A stretch of 10,993 bases of DNA from an uncultured Deinococcales bacterium (GCA_964244895.1 CAXTKV010000178.1:1-10993), one strand, 5' to 3'; positions 1-10,091 are shown, numbered from the stretch's first letter. The notes: generated by a model from the letters alone, not told the origin. A program made the numbers and translations.

Positions 1-1
1 A

Positions 2-124
2 TTCGATGGCGAACCGCTTGACTCGTACTCCATTGGCGTCGCGTTGCGGCTCGAAGAGTTGACACGCAAAGCCGTCGAGCTTAATCCGACGCCAGGGCGA
101 GTCGTGGAACTCGAGTTTGCGTGA
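2..124 (+). CDS. 3' end of an upstream CDS (unknown product)
   Basis: Open frame from the window edge, FDGEPLDSYSIGVALRLEELTRKAVELNPTPGRVVELEFA, with TGA at 122-124. Host-like codon usage. Not in the ORF track because the start lies outside the window. Confidence 0.55.
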   Translation, partial: FDGEPLDSYSIGVALRLEELTRKAVELNPTPGRVVELEFA

Positions 125-168
125 AGATGTTCAGGTGTTTGAAACAAGTGGATTTGAGCAAATCATCT

Positions 169-636
169 ATGGCAACCCTGGTGAGATCAATATTCATTTT
201 TACTTTGATATCAGTTTTTCCGCTTCTCAAAGTCGAGGCGGAGCAAGCTGAATTTGCCAAGTTTTCTGTCAGTCAGGTTTTGTCTTCCTTTAAGGAATCT
301 GGATTCAAGTTTAAAGTTACAGGAACAGGTTCGATTACCACAAAATCTGGTGGGAAAATCGAATCAAGAATGCTTTATGTGCCTTTGCAGAAATCCATTC
401 CAAAAGATCCTTATAAGTTTGAACTAGGCACGAACATCGGTATTCTTGGAATTACTTCGTATTCCACCCAGGCTGATCTTGATAAATGGACGAGGCTCAC
501 CAAGTCGAACAACAGTATGCAGTGTGGTCAACCAAAAGCGAATTGTCATTCATTCCAAAAGGGAAATTTAATAATCGAAGCAGGTTACATGCTAATGCAC
601 TGTATGAAAGATACAAAGCTGTTATCGAGCAACTGA
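169..636 (+). CDS. AT-rich hypothetical secreted protein (possibly frameshifted near the C-terminus)
   Basis: ORF track 121..636. ATG169 gives a signal-peptide-like N-terminus (MATLVRSIFIFTLISVFPLLKVEA|EQ). Much more AT-rich than the rest of the window. Confidence 0.6.
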   Translation: MATLVRSIFIFTLISVFPLLKVEAEQAEFAKFSVSQVLSSFKESGFKFKVTGTGSITTKSGGKIESRMLYVPLQKSIPKDPYKFELGTNIGILGITSYSTQADLDKWTRLTKSNNSMQCGQPKANCHSFQKGNLIIEAGYMLMHCMKDTKLLSSN

Positions 637-648
637 AATGAGGAAGCC

Positions 649-2043
<1,395 letters not shown>

Positions 2044-2053
2044 GTTTTTCTCG

Positions 2054-2081
2054 AGCCGGGGCGTTCGCGTCCCGGCTTTTT
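2054..2081 (+). terminator. Intrinsic terminator after sufD
   Basis: AGCCGGGGCG-TTCG-CGTCCCGGCT hairpin followed by a T run, 10 nt after the stop codon. Confidence 0.85.
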
Positions 2082-2097
2082 CGCGGCCTAAAATCGG

Positions 2098-2145
2098 GAA
2101 TACCGTCCAGCGCGCGCTATCAAATATGCGTGCGGGACGGTGTTC
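2098..2145. repeat. REP-like palindrome, copy A
   Basis: GAATACCGTCCAGCGCGC-N12-GCGTGCGGGACGGTGTTC; same family as 4453-4506. Confidence 0.75.
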
Positions 2146-2272
2146 GTGAACTAGGTGCGATCCAGGATGGGCAGGCTCGAGGTGCGCGAAGCCGAGCGGA
2201 GATAAAGTCGTGTTTTGTGACCGAACGAGCTATTGGTGCAGGATTATTCCCGCCCTGCGCAGCGAGTTTCCT

Positions 2273-2278
2273 TAGACT
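2273..2278 (+). promoter_or_regulatory. -10 element of a putative leaderless promoter (GGDEF gene)
   Basis: TAGACT 7 nt upstream of ATG2286, with no Shine-Dalgarno. Confidence 0.55.
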
Positions 2279-2285
2279 TGAGCCA

Positions 2286-3410
2286 ATGCGTGCAAGTACG
2301 GAATTCAAAGCATTGGTTCTCGACGACAGCGTGCCCGAAGATCGGCGGCGGCGCGTGTACCTGACGGCCTCGTTCCTGGGGCTTTCGAGCATGGCGGCGT
2401 TCTGGTTTTTGCGTCAGGGCGTGGATGTCTACGTGCGTTGGGCCTACCCGTTTTTTATGGTGAACGGCCTGATCTGCGCGGTCATGCTGGCCAACCGGAA
2501 CGTGCGCGTGCGGGTTTCGGAACGCTATACGCTGGCGGTGTTCGTGCTGATCGTGCTTTCCAAGTTCGTGTACGAGGTCTACGCCAAGACTCCGGTGCAG
2601 GTCTCGAGCGCGGAACTGACCGAAAGCGTGTACTGGCTGGCGTGCATCGTGGTCTTGATGATTTACATGGTGCTGGAAACGCGCAAGGGCTTGATATCGG
2701 CGCTGTTGCTGGTGGCAGCAATGGCGAGCATCGGCTTGCCCGGACTCATCTCGGAGGCGCTTTCGGGCGACGGAAGCCGCCTGATCGGTTTTGCGCGCTT
2801 CCTGACCTTCATGGTGGGCGTGGTGCCGTTCGTGTACGTCATTTCCAGCGTCAAGGAGCGGTTGGCGATCGAACGCTGGCACTCGAGCACGGATGTGCTG
2901 ACAGGCGCGGCCAACCGGCGCAAACTCCTGGACGTGATCCAGTCGGTGCAGCAGGGTTGCTCGGTGATTTTGTTTGACCTGGATCATTTCAAAGCGATCA
3001 ACGACACCTTCGGGCACGAGGTCGGCGATGCCGTGCTGCGCGAGGTCGCGGCGATTTCGAGCGATGTCTTGCGTTCTGGTCACGGTGACACGATCGGGCG
3101 TTGGGGCGGCGAGGAATTCCTGGTGGTGCTGCCGGGCGTGATGCTCCCGCAGGCGCTCGAGGTGGCGGAACGCCTGCGGTACAGCCTGGCGGCGCACGCC
3201 TTCGGGGCGGTCGGACAGGTCACGGCCAGTTTCGGCGTGGCGTGTTCGGTTGAACCCGGCGCGATGCTCGAGCTGATCCGGCACGCCGACGACGCGATGT
3301 ACCGCGCGAAGCAGTCCGGGCGCAATCGGGTGGTTGGGGATCAGCACGTGCTGGTCGGTGGTGCGGGGGTTCAGCCGTCAGTTCTCGAGCAGAGTTCAGC
3401 GCAAGTGTGA
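2286..3410 (+). CDS. Membrane-bound diguanylate cyclase (GGDEF domain)
   Basis: Several N-terminal hydrophobic helices, then TDVLTGAANRR, DLDHFKAINDTFGHEVGD, GRWGGEEF, ADDAMYRAKQSGRNRV. Start placed at ATG2286 rather than 2130 because the ORF-track start overlaps repeat A and a -10 box precedes 2286. Confidence 0.92.
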   Translation: MRASTEFKALVLDDSVPEDRRRRVYLTASFLGLSSMAAFWFLRQGVDVYVRWAYPFFMVNGLICAVMLANRNVRVRVSERYTLAVFVLIVLSKFVYEVYAKTPVQVSSAELTESVYWLACIVVLMIYMVLETRKGLISALLLVAAMASIGLPGLISEALSGDGSRLIGFARFLTFMVGVVPFVYVISSVKERLAIERWHSSTDVLTGAANRRKLLDVIQSVQQGCSVILFDLDHFKAINDTFGHEVGDAVLREVAAISSDVLRSGHGDTIGRWGGEEFLVVLPGVMLPQALEVAERLRYSLAAHAFGAVGQVTASFGVACSVEPGAMLELIRHADDAMYRAKQSGRNRVVGDQHVLVGGAGVQPSVLEQSSAQV

Positions 3411-3494
3411 AGACAACGTGAAGCGCGTCAGGCAAGTAACAATTCACTTCTTTAAAGTCTGCCAAGCTGAACCCTGAACCACAAGGGGGTCAGC

Positions 3495-4439
3495 ATGATG
3501 GCAGAACGACAAGATCTGTTCCGATACGTCGTCGAAGAATTCGCAGAAGATTACCGGGAAGGCGAGATCGACCGCCGGGAATTCCTGAGGCGCTTGACGC
3601 TGTTGGGTGGCGGCATCGCGGGTGCGACCGCGCTGCTCGAGTCGGTCGGTGTGGCGGCGGCCAGCAACGAGGAATGGCAGCAGGCGTTCGCGGCCATCCC
3701 GCAGCGTCAGGCGTCCTTCAAGGCGCAGCAAGTTGACCCGGCAGACCCGGCCATCAGTGCGCAACCGATCACCTACCAGGCGCGCGGTTTCGAGAATTAC
3801 GCGTACCTGGCGCGACCGGCGCAGGCGACCGGGAACCTTCCGGGCGTGCTGGTGATTCACGAAAACCGGGGTTTGCAGCCGCACATTCAGGACGTGGCGC
3901 GGCGCGCAGCCAAGGCGGGCTACGTGGCGTTGGCGGTGGATCTGATGTCCAAGCAGGGCGGCACGGCCAAATTCACCGATCAGGCGCAAATCTCGACCAT
4001 CCTGGCGCAGACCTCGGGCGACGAGCACGAGGCGAACCTGCTGGAAGCCCTGAAAGTCCTGAAGGCCACGGCGGGCGTGGACGCGACCAAACTGGGCGCG
4101 GTCGGCTTCTGCTTCGGCGGCGGTCTGACGTGGCGCCTGGCGACGGCAGCGCCGGACTTGAAGGCCGCCGTGCCGTTCTACGGGCCATCGCCCGACCTGG
4201 CGAACGTCCCGAAGATCAAGGCCGCCATGTTGGGCATTTACGGCGGTCTGGACGCGCGCATCGACGCGGGCATCCCGGCCCTGGAGGAAGCCTTGAAGAA
4301 GGCGGGCGTCAAATACCAGATCAAGATTTACGAGGGCGCGAACCACGCGTTCCACAACGACACCGGCGCGAATTACAAAGAGGACGCCGCCAAGGACGCC
4401 TGGGCGATGACGCTGGCGTGGTGGAAGGCGAACCTCTAG
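3495..4439 (+). CDS. Dienelactone hydrolase family protein (YghX-like) with a twin-arginine-like N-terminal motif
   Basis: VLVIHENRGL, nucleophile motif GFCFGG, AAVPFYG, HAFHND; N-terminal DRREFLRR plus a hydrophobic stretch; RBS AAGGGGG at 3483-3489. Confidence 0.9.
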   Translation: MMAERQDLFRYVVEEFAEDYREGEIDRREFLRRLTLLGGGIAGATALLESVGVAAASNEEWQQAFAAIPQRQASFKAQQVDPADPAISAQPITYQARGFENYAYLARPAQATGNLPGVLVIHENRGLQPHIQDVARRAAKAGYVALAVDLMSKQGGTAKFTDQAQISTILAQTSGDEHEANLLEALKVLKATAGVDATKLGAVGFCFGGGLTWRLATAAPDLKAAVPFYGPSPDLANVPKIKAAMLGIYGGLDARIDAGIPALEEALKKAGVKYQIKIYEGANHAFHNDTGANYKEDAAKDAWAMTLAWWKANL

Positions 4440-4452
4440 AACCGGATTTCCT

Positions 4453-4506
4453 CGAGAACACCGTGCTGGACGCAATATCATTCTCGCGTCCAGCACGGTG
4501 TTCTCG
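4453..4506. repeat. REP-like palindrome, copy B (perfect 21-bp inverted repeat, 12-nt spacer)
   Basis: CGAGAACACCGTGCTGGACGC-aatatcattctc-GCGTCCAGCACGGTGTTCTCG. Confidence 0.9.
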
Positions 4507-4753
4507 TGCAGCTCGTAGCGAGTCGTCTTTGGAATAGTCGGCGCACCTTCAGACGATGCGAGCGATTCTCTCGCCCTGCGCGACGATTCCGAAAATCGCG
4601 CAGAGACAATTACACTTCGGGTACGGTTTGCGCGTGACACGGCGTCCGCGTGCGGCAGCTGGAGCAGGCGTGCGTTTTTCGACGGTGGTTTGGCTGCACC
4701 GGGCGTAATTTCACGTCATGAACGACGGCGCACACTGGCGACGACTCGGCAGA

Positions 4754-6598
4754 ATGCCGCGGTTCGCGCTGATGCTTTCACTGATCGTGTCCGTGGGCTG
4801 TCAGATGCCGCCCACGACTCAACCTGCGCCACCTCAACCACCCGCTGCGCCGCAGCCGCCCCAACCTCAGCCGCCCGCGCCGTCTTCGACCCGGTACGTC
4901 GCCACGGACGGATTGGACGCGAATCCGGGAACGCTCGAGAAGCCGTACCGCACGATCCAGAAATGCGCCTCGAGCGCGAAGGCCCTCGAGGTTTGCGCGA
5001 TCCGCGCCGGAACATACCGCGAGACGGTCAAGCCGAACGCCGGCGTGCGCTTCGAGCCCTACCAGCGCGAGATCGTCACGGTCGATGGCAGCGACCCCGT
5101 CGGCGGCTGGACGCTCCACGCGGGCAGCATCTACCAGGCGCGCGTGAGCCTCGAGCCGTCGCTGCCCGGCAACCAGGTCTTCGTCGGTCAGGACGCGATG
5201 CAGGAGGCGCGCGGGCCCAATATGGACGCCGATCCGTCCCGTCCGACGTGGGCCGCGATGGGCACCGGAACGACGTACACGACGGTCTACGACCCGAACC
5301 TACCCGACCTCGACTGGACGGGTGCGACGCTTCAGATGTGGTCGGGGTCGAACCCGTTCGCGCACCAGACGGCCACGGTCGCGTCGAGTTCAGTCGGGCG
5401 GGTCGCCACGGATTTCACCAACACGGGAGTCTGCCCGTCGCTGTGCGCCGTACCGGGCGGGCGCTACGCGCTGGTGGGGAAACTCGCGGCGCTCGATCGC
5501 CCGACGGAATGGTTCTACGACACCGGCGCAAAAATCCTGTACTTGTGGGCGCCGGGCGGTGCGAACCCGAACGCGCTCAAGGTTTACGCCAAGGCGCGCC
5601 AGTACGCCTTCGACCTGCGCGGTGCGTCCGGCGTGACGATCCGCGACATCCGCATCTTCGCCAGCACCGTGATCACCGACAATCGCTCGAGCGGCATCGT
5701 GTTGGACGGGTTAGATGCGCGCTACGCGTCCGCCTACAGCACCTTGCCCAGACCGAAGCCGAACGATCTGGCGTACTCGGAGGGTGATTTCGACGTGGTC
5801 GCCTCTCGGGCGCTCGAGAGCGGCATCGTGATCGAGGGCAGCACCAACACGATCGAGAACAGCACCATCCGGTACTCCGCCGGGAACGGCATCCTGGTGC
5901 GGGGCAGCGGTCACACGGTCACGAACAACCTGATTTCGGGTGCGGGTTTGATGGGCAGTTACGCGACGGGCATCAACGTCTCCGGGACGAACCAGAAAAT
6001 CACCAGGAACACCGTCTTCGACACCGGGCGCGATGGCATCACCGTCGACTGGCACCTGAACGGTTTGCAGTTCAAAAACAACGAGATCGCGTACAACAAC
6101 GTTTACAACGCGTCGTTGCAGGCGGTCGATTCGGGCGGTATCTACGCCTGTTGCCGATTGGATGCGGCGGGCACGAGCATTCACCACAACTGGGTTCACG
6201 ACATTCCCTTCGGGAAGGTGGGGCGATCGAAACCGGCGGGCATCTATCTGGACAACGGTTCGGGTTCGTTCGAGGTCTACCAGAACGCGATCTGGCGGAT
6301 CGAGGGTCACGGCATCCTGCTCCATGGGGACAGCATGCCGAGCCGCAACAACGTCATCCGCAACAACACCGTCCTGGGGCAGTCGGATGCCAGCATTTAC
6401 CTGCTCGCGATTTCCGACGCCGAGGGAACCAGGGTCTTCGACAACGCCGTCTCGAACGACATCGTGACGCAGAGCGTCGCGGCGAACGCGTTCACGAACA
6501 ACAACAAGCCCACCGCGCCCGGTGCGACGGACACGAATCCAGGCTCGGCGGGCTGCGCGTTTTCGGGCTGCGAGAGCGCGCAACCTCCACCGAGGTAG
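4754..6598 (+). CDS. Exported (lipo)protein with right-handed parallel beta-helix repeats (pectin-lyase fold, DUF1565-like N-terminus)
   Basis: Signal MPRFALMLSLIVSVGC, a Pro/Gln-rich linker, YVATDGLDANPGTLEKPYRTIQ motif, and Asn-ladder repeats (NTIENSTI, HTVTNNLI, IAYNNVY, DSGGIY, IHHNWVHD, GIYLDNGS). Alternative start at 4718. Confidence 0.85.
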   Translation: MPRFALMLSLIVSVGCQMPPTTQPAPPQPPAAPQPPQPQPPAPSSTRYVATDGLDANPGTLEKPYRTIQKCASSAKALEVCAIRAGTYRETVKPNAGVRFEPYQREIVTVDGSDPVGGWTLHAGSIYQARVSLEPSLPGNQVFVGQDAMQEARGPNMDADPSRPTWAAMGTGTTYTTVYDPNLPDLDWTGATLQMWSGSNPFAHQTATVASSSVGRVATDFTNTGVCPSLCAVPGGRYALVGKLAALDRPTEWFYDTGAKILYLWAPGGANPNALKVYAKARQYAFDLRGASGVTIRDIRIFASTVITDNRSSGIVLDGLDARYASAYSTLPRPKPNDLAYSEGDFDVVASRALESGIVIEGSTNTIENSTIRYSAGNGILVRGSGHTVTNNLISGAGLMGSYATGINVSGTNQKITRNTVFDTGRDGITVDWHLNGLQFKNNEIAYNNVYNASLQAVDSGGIYACCRLDAAGTSIHHNWVHDIPFGKVGRSKPAGIYLDNGSGSFEVYQNAIWRIEGHGILLHGDSMPSRNNVIRNNTVLGQSDASIYLLAISDAEGTRVFDNAVSNDIVTQSVAANAFTNNNKPTAPGATDTNPGSAGCAFSGCESAQPPPR

Positions 6599-6627
6599 GC
6601 TGGCGCTCGAGAAACAGCCACAACGAT

Positions 6628-6681
6628 CGAGAACACCGTCTGGCACGCACCATTCAACTCGCGTCCTGGGCGGTGTTCTCG
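6628..6681. repeat. REP-like palindrome, copy C
   Basis: CGAGAACACCGTCTGGCACGC-accattcaactc-GCGTCCTGGGCGGTGTTCTCG, 12-nt spacer. Confidence 0.85.
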
Positions 6682-6714
6682 TACATCTCACGGCATTTGG
6701 GGCATGATTGGCGC

Positions 6715-7362
6715 GTGAAGAGGCGCGGCTGGTGGGTGTCGATCGGGGTCGCGGCGCTCGTCGCGCTGCTCCTGGTGGGCACTTACGGCCCGAACGAACT
6801 CGTCTCGAGGGTCGCGGCGCCGTACCTGTACTCGAGCCTGAAGGACGTGCCCAGGAACAGCGTGGCTCTGGTGCTGGGCACGAGCAAACGCGCGGCATCG
6901 GGTGCGCCGAACCTGTTCTTCGAGGCGCGCATGGACGCGGCGGCGGCTCTGTACGAGGCGGGCAAGGTTCAGTACCTGCTGGTCAGCGGCGACAACGGCG
7001 AGGAAGCCTACAACGAACCCGGCGACATGCGGGACGCGCTGGTGGCGAGAGGCGTGCCCCGGAATCGGATTTACCTCGATTACGCGGGCTTCCGCACGCT
7101 GGATTCCGTGGTTCGCGCCCGCGAGGTCTTCGGGCAGGGCCGCTTCACGGTCGTCTCGCAGGCGTTTCACAACGAACGCGCCGTCTTTATCGCGCGGTAT
7201 TTTGGGATCGAGGCCGTCGGGTTCAACGCCGCCGACGTGGGCGGCGCGGTCGGCGCTCAGGTCAACGCGCGCGAAGTCCTGGCGCGGGTTCAGGTGGTGC
7301 TCGACCTGTACGTTCTGAACACGCAACCCAAGTTTTACGGGCCTCGCGTGCCGATCCCTTAA
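6715..7362 (+). CDS. sanA: SanA/ElyC (DUF218) family membrane-anchored protein
   Basis: N-terminal TM helix; motifs ALVLGTSK, LLVSGDN, YNEPGDM, DYAGFRTLDSVVRA, SQAFHNERA, REVLAR. Start GTG6715 is preceded by CATGAT-N6. The ORF-track start at 6151 overlaps the previous gene. Confidence 0.88.
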   Translation: MKRRGWWVSIGVAALVALLLVGTYGPNELVSRVAAPYLYSSLKDVPRNSVALVLGTSKRAASGAPNLFFEARMDAAAALYEAGKVQYLLVSGDNGEEAYNEPGDMRDALVARGVPRNRIYLDYAGFRTLDSVVRAREVFGQGRFTVVSQAFHNERAVFIARYFGIEAVGFNAADVGGAVGAQVNAREVLARVQVVLDLYVLNTQPKFYGPRVPIP

Positions 7363-7418
7363 GGCCATTCCAGACGCGAATCTCGAGCTCGGAGAAAATG
7401 CGTCCAGGACGGTGTTTC
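7361..7418. repeat. REP-like palindrome, copy D (degenerate left arm)
   Basis: AAGGCCATTCCAGACGC-N22-GCGTCCAGGACGGTGTTTC. Confidence 0.65.
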
Positions 7419-7562
7419 TATTGGGTTGACCGAACGCTACACCGTGCCCAATCCCGGTTCTCGAGCGTTCCGGGTCGTCGCGGTGAATCTCGAGAATTGA
7501 CCGACGCCTGCGTCCTAATTGCACCCGACGGCCTGGAATTTGGCTCCGCTTGCGCTGCGCGG

Positions 7563-7853
7563 TTACATCGACTTCGCTTCGTACACCCTGATACTCGTGA
7601 TGATCGGGCAGTCTTTGGCTATTTTTTCGGCTTCATCGAGGCTTTCTGCCCGAATGATGCAGTACCCAGTCAACGAATCCAGTCCGAGCGGCAATTCTTT
7701 GGTTCCGGCGTGCGAGATTTCTCTGCCGTTTCCCAGAGGACTTCCGCCATCGACCATTTTGTCGCCGATCGACGCGAACCATTTGCCCCAGGCTTGCTGG
7801 ATTTCTGGGGTCGGTGTCTCAAAACCGTAGGAAATCAGGACAAATTTCTTCAT
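7563..7853 (-). CDS. YCII-related domain protein
   Basis: MKKFVLISYG...AWGKWFASIGDKMVDGGSPL...TGYCIIRAESLDEAEKIAKDCP...IRVYE fits the YCII/DGPF-like pattern. RBS GAGGAG (complement of 7859-7864) precedes ATG7853. Confidence 0.8.
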   Translation of the reverse strand: MKKFVLISYGFETPTPEIQQAWGKWFASIGDKMVDGGSPLGNGREISHAGTKELPLGLDSLTGYCIIRAESLDEAEKIAKDCPIITSIRVYEAKSM

Positions 7854-8011
7854 TTCTTCTCCTCGTTCATGGCGGGTTACGCTCGAGTACCGAGCGTCGT
7901 TCTGGAAAGTCATCATTTTCGCGTTCCGCTCGCGCTGATCATACCTGCGGCGGTACATCAAACTACGCCGAATCGCGCGGAGGTCGGCGCACACTCCACG
8001 GCGCGTTCGCA

Positions 8012-8050
8012 GAACCCGTGACCCGACAGACCGCGTACTGAACGGTTTTT
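8012..8050. repeat. REP-like palindrome, copy G (degenerate)
   Basis: Right arm GCGTACTGAACGGTTTTT (8033-8050) resembles GCGTGCTGGACGGTGTTC; weak left arm GAACCCGTGACCCGAC. Confidence 0.4.
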
Positions 8051-8077
8051 TTACAGCCAGCCTTCATGCTCGAGCGC

Positions 8078-8083
8078 TAAACT
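8078..8083 (+). promoter_or_regulatory. -10 element of a putative leaderless promoter (lipoprotein gene)
   Basis: TAAACT 6 nt upstream of ATG8090, with no SD. Confidence 0.6.
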
Positions 8084-8089
8084 TTGGGC

Positions 8090-8605
8090 ATGAAGTTCTG
8101 GATTCGCGCTTGCACCATCCTGATCTGCGCCGCGCTGGTCGCGTGCGCACCCGCCGCGCTCGAGGTCACGCGCGGCCCGAGCCTGTACGCCAAAAACGAC
8201 GTGGTGACGGTGCGCGGCTTCCTGGTGACGGGTTTCGACGGGCCGCTCGGGGCACAGTTGCGACAGCGCGTGATTACCGCTCTGGAGACGCGGCGCTTCA
8301 CCGTGCTGGACGCGCAGGCCGGATCGAAGAACGATGGCAGCGATTTCGCCGTGTCCGGCGTGGTCAACGCGCAACGCGCCAGCCTCACGACCACGAGTTA
8401 TTCCGGGTCGCCCGGATTGGGCTTCGGCTACAGCACCACCAGCGATTCCTGGGACGTGACGGACGTGCTGGTGCGCGTCTCCTCGCGCCGCGACGGTCAG
8501 ACGGCGCGCGTGCTGGAATTGCGCCCGAACCAGCGTTTGAGCGCGATCGACACGGCGGAATTGATCGCGGACGGCATCGCCCGAGAGTTCAGGCCAGCGC
8601 GTTAA
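8090..8605 (+). CDS. Hypothetical lipoprotein
   Basis: Signal peptide MKFWIRACTILICAALVAC with lipobox LVAC; host-like codon usage. Confidence 0.75.
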   Translation: MKFWIRACTILICAALVACAPAALEVTRGPSLYAKNDVVTVRGFLVTGFDGPLGAQLRQRVITALETRRFTVLDAQAGSKNDGSDFAVSGVVNAQRASLTTTSYSGSPGLGFGYSTTSDSWDVTDVLVRVSSRRDGQTARVLELRPNQRLSAIDTAELIADGIAREFRPAR

Positions 8606-8662
8606 AGGCCGTGCTGGACAAGGTTTTCTCGAGATGAAGGAACACCGTGCAGGACGGTGTTC
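8605..8662. repeat. REP-like palindrome, copy E (left arm plus collapsed hairpin), between convergent genes
   Basis: AAGGCCGTGCTGGAC at 8605-8619, then GAACACCGT-GCAGG-ACGGTGTTC at 8640-8662. Confidence 0.75.
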
Positions 8663-8669
8663 TAAGAGG

Positions 8670-9596
8670 TTACGAACCCGAGGTATCAGCCTTCAACGCC
8701 GCGAAATGCTTGCCCCAGTGCGGTTTTGAACCGTCCAGATCGGTGAAATCGTAGAACTCCGATAAACCCCAGCTCGAGAGCGCCCGACCCGCGAAGCGTT
8801 CGACATCCGGGTCTGCGGCCAGCGCGGCCACGGCCCGACCGATGTAATGCGGCGTCTCTGAGGCGATGAAATTGGGGTCGCGCAGCGCGCCGTCCTTCCA
8901 GTTCGATTCGGTCACGCCGAAGTATTCGAGCATCTCCTCGGAGCGCAAGAATCCGGGCGTGAGCGCTGCCACCGTGATCCGTGCGCTGGTTTTCTCGGGT
9001 GCGACCGGATCGTGCGTCAGCGTGCCGCCCGCGAAGTCTGCGGCCATGCCCTTCGCCAGCCGGATCACGCCGTTCTTGATGAAGTCGTAGATCAGGTTGC
9101 CACGGTAGGAATCGTTGTCCCCGTCGGTGATCTCGAGGATCAAGCCCCGGCCCGACCGGATCATCAGCGGTGCCGCGTACTTGCTGGTGATGATGTGCGA
9201 GTGGATGGATCGTTCCATCAGCGCCCAGGCTCGCGGCAACTCCAGTTCCCAGAACGGCTTGCCCCATTCGACCAGTTTCTCGCCGCCCCAGATATCGTTC
9301 ACGAGAATATCGAGTCTTTCCTGCTCGCGCTCGACCTGCTCAAACAGCGCGCACACCTCGAGTTCCTGGGTGTGATCCACCCGAATCGGGACGCCGATGC
9401 CGCCAGCTCGCGTGACCAACTCGGCGGTCTCGTCGATCGTCTCCGGGCGGTTCAGGTCGGACGCCTGGGCTCGAGTGCTGCGCCCCGTGCAGATCACGGT
9501 CGCGCCCGCCGCGCCCAGTTCTACCGCGATGCCGCGCCCCGCACCGCGCGTCGCACCCGCCACCAGAGCCACCTTGCCCGAGAGGGGTTTCGTCAT
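8670..9596 (-). CDS. Short-chain dehydrogenase/reductase (SDR)
   Basis: Rossmann motif GATRGAGRGIA, LDILVNDIWGG, YxxxK (YDFIK), LTPGFLRSE, SETPHYIGRAVAALAADP. Confidence 0.92.
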   Translation of the reverse strand: MTKPLSGKVALVAGATRGAGRGIAVELGAAGATVICTGRSTRAQASDLNRPETIDETAELVTRAGGIGVPIRVDHTQELEVCALFEQVEREQERLDILVNDIWGGEKLVEWGKPFWELELPRAWALMERSIHSHIITSKYAAPLMIRSGRGLILEITDGDNDSYRGNLIYDFIKNGVIRLAKGMAADFAGGTLTHDPVAPEKTSARITVAALTPGFLRSEEMLEYFGVTESNWKDGALRDPNFIASETPHYIGRAVAALAADPDVERFAGRALSSWGLSEFYDFTDLDGSKPHWGKHFAALKADTSGS

Positions 9597-9602
9597 GCGG
9601 GC

Positions 9603-9666
9603 AGCGTATCTCGAGCGCGGGATCGGGAGCTTCCGGCGAATGGCTTAGGGCGAATCAACGTAGACT
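9603..9666. promoter_or_regulatory. Divergent leaderless promoters for the SDR (-) and Rieske (+) genes
   Basis: TACGCT on the minus strand (9603-9608) 6 nt before ATG9596; TAGACT (9661-9666) 6 nt before ATG9673; no SD for either gene. Confidence 0.6.
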
Positions 9667-9672
9667 CCCGGC

Positions 9673-9984
9673 ATGAATCGCGTCCTGGCTGGCACCCTTC
9701 TGGAATTTCCCGAAGGCGCACAGAAATCCATCGAGTTTCACGACGAGTACGTGCTGGTCTTGCGTTCACCGTCCGGCTTCTGGGCCATCGAGGATCGCTG
9801 CTCGCACGACGACAACGAGTTGCTCGGCGGCCTGGTCGTCGGCAAGACCATCAAGTGCGTTCGCCACGGCGCGACCTTCGATCTCGAGTCGGGCGCCGCC
9901 CTGTCCATGCCCGCCGTTCGCGGCGTGAAATCGTACCGCGTGTTGATCGAGGACGATCTGGTCTGGGTGGAAACGAAAGACTGA
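9673..9984 (+). CDS. Rieske [2Fe-2S] ferredoxin (non-heme iron oxygenase ferredoxin type)
   Basis: C-x-H (CSH) and C-x-x-H (CVRH) ligand motifs, HGATFDLESG, 103 aa. Confidence 0.92.
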   Translation: MNRVLAGTLLEFPEGAQKSIEFHDEYVLVLRSPSGFWAIEDRCSHDDNELLGGLVVGKTIKCVRHGATFDLESGAALSMPAVRGVKSYRVLIEDDLVWVETKD

Positions 9985-10071
9985 GAGCGGGTTTCTCGAG
10001 CCTCGAGGAGTGCGAGTAGGTCGGAGGTCAAAGAGGTTGAAGGGTAAAAGGTGAAAGGAAAGACAGACGGC

Positions 10072-10091
10072 GCCCTGCGAGAAGGGTTTTT
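10072..10091 (+). terminator. Putative intrinsic terminator after the Rieske gene
   Basis: GCCCT-GCGAGA-AGGGT followed by TTTT, inside a larger purine/pyrimidine inverted repeat. Confidence 0.45.

Noticed and set aside
4808..4885. Low-complexity CCG/CAG-rich stretch
   Set aside because: Explained by the Pro/Gln-rich linker after the lipoprotein signal.
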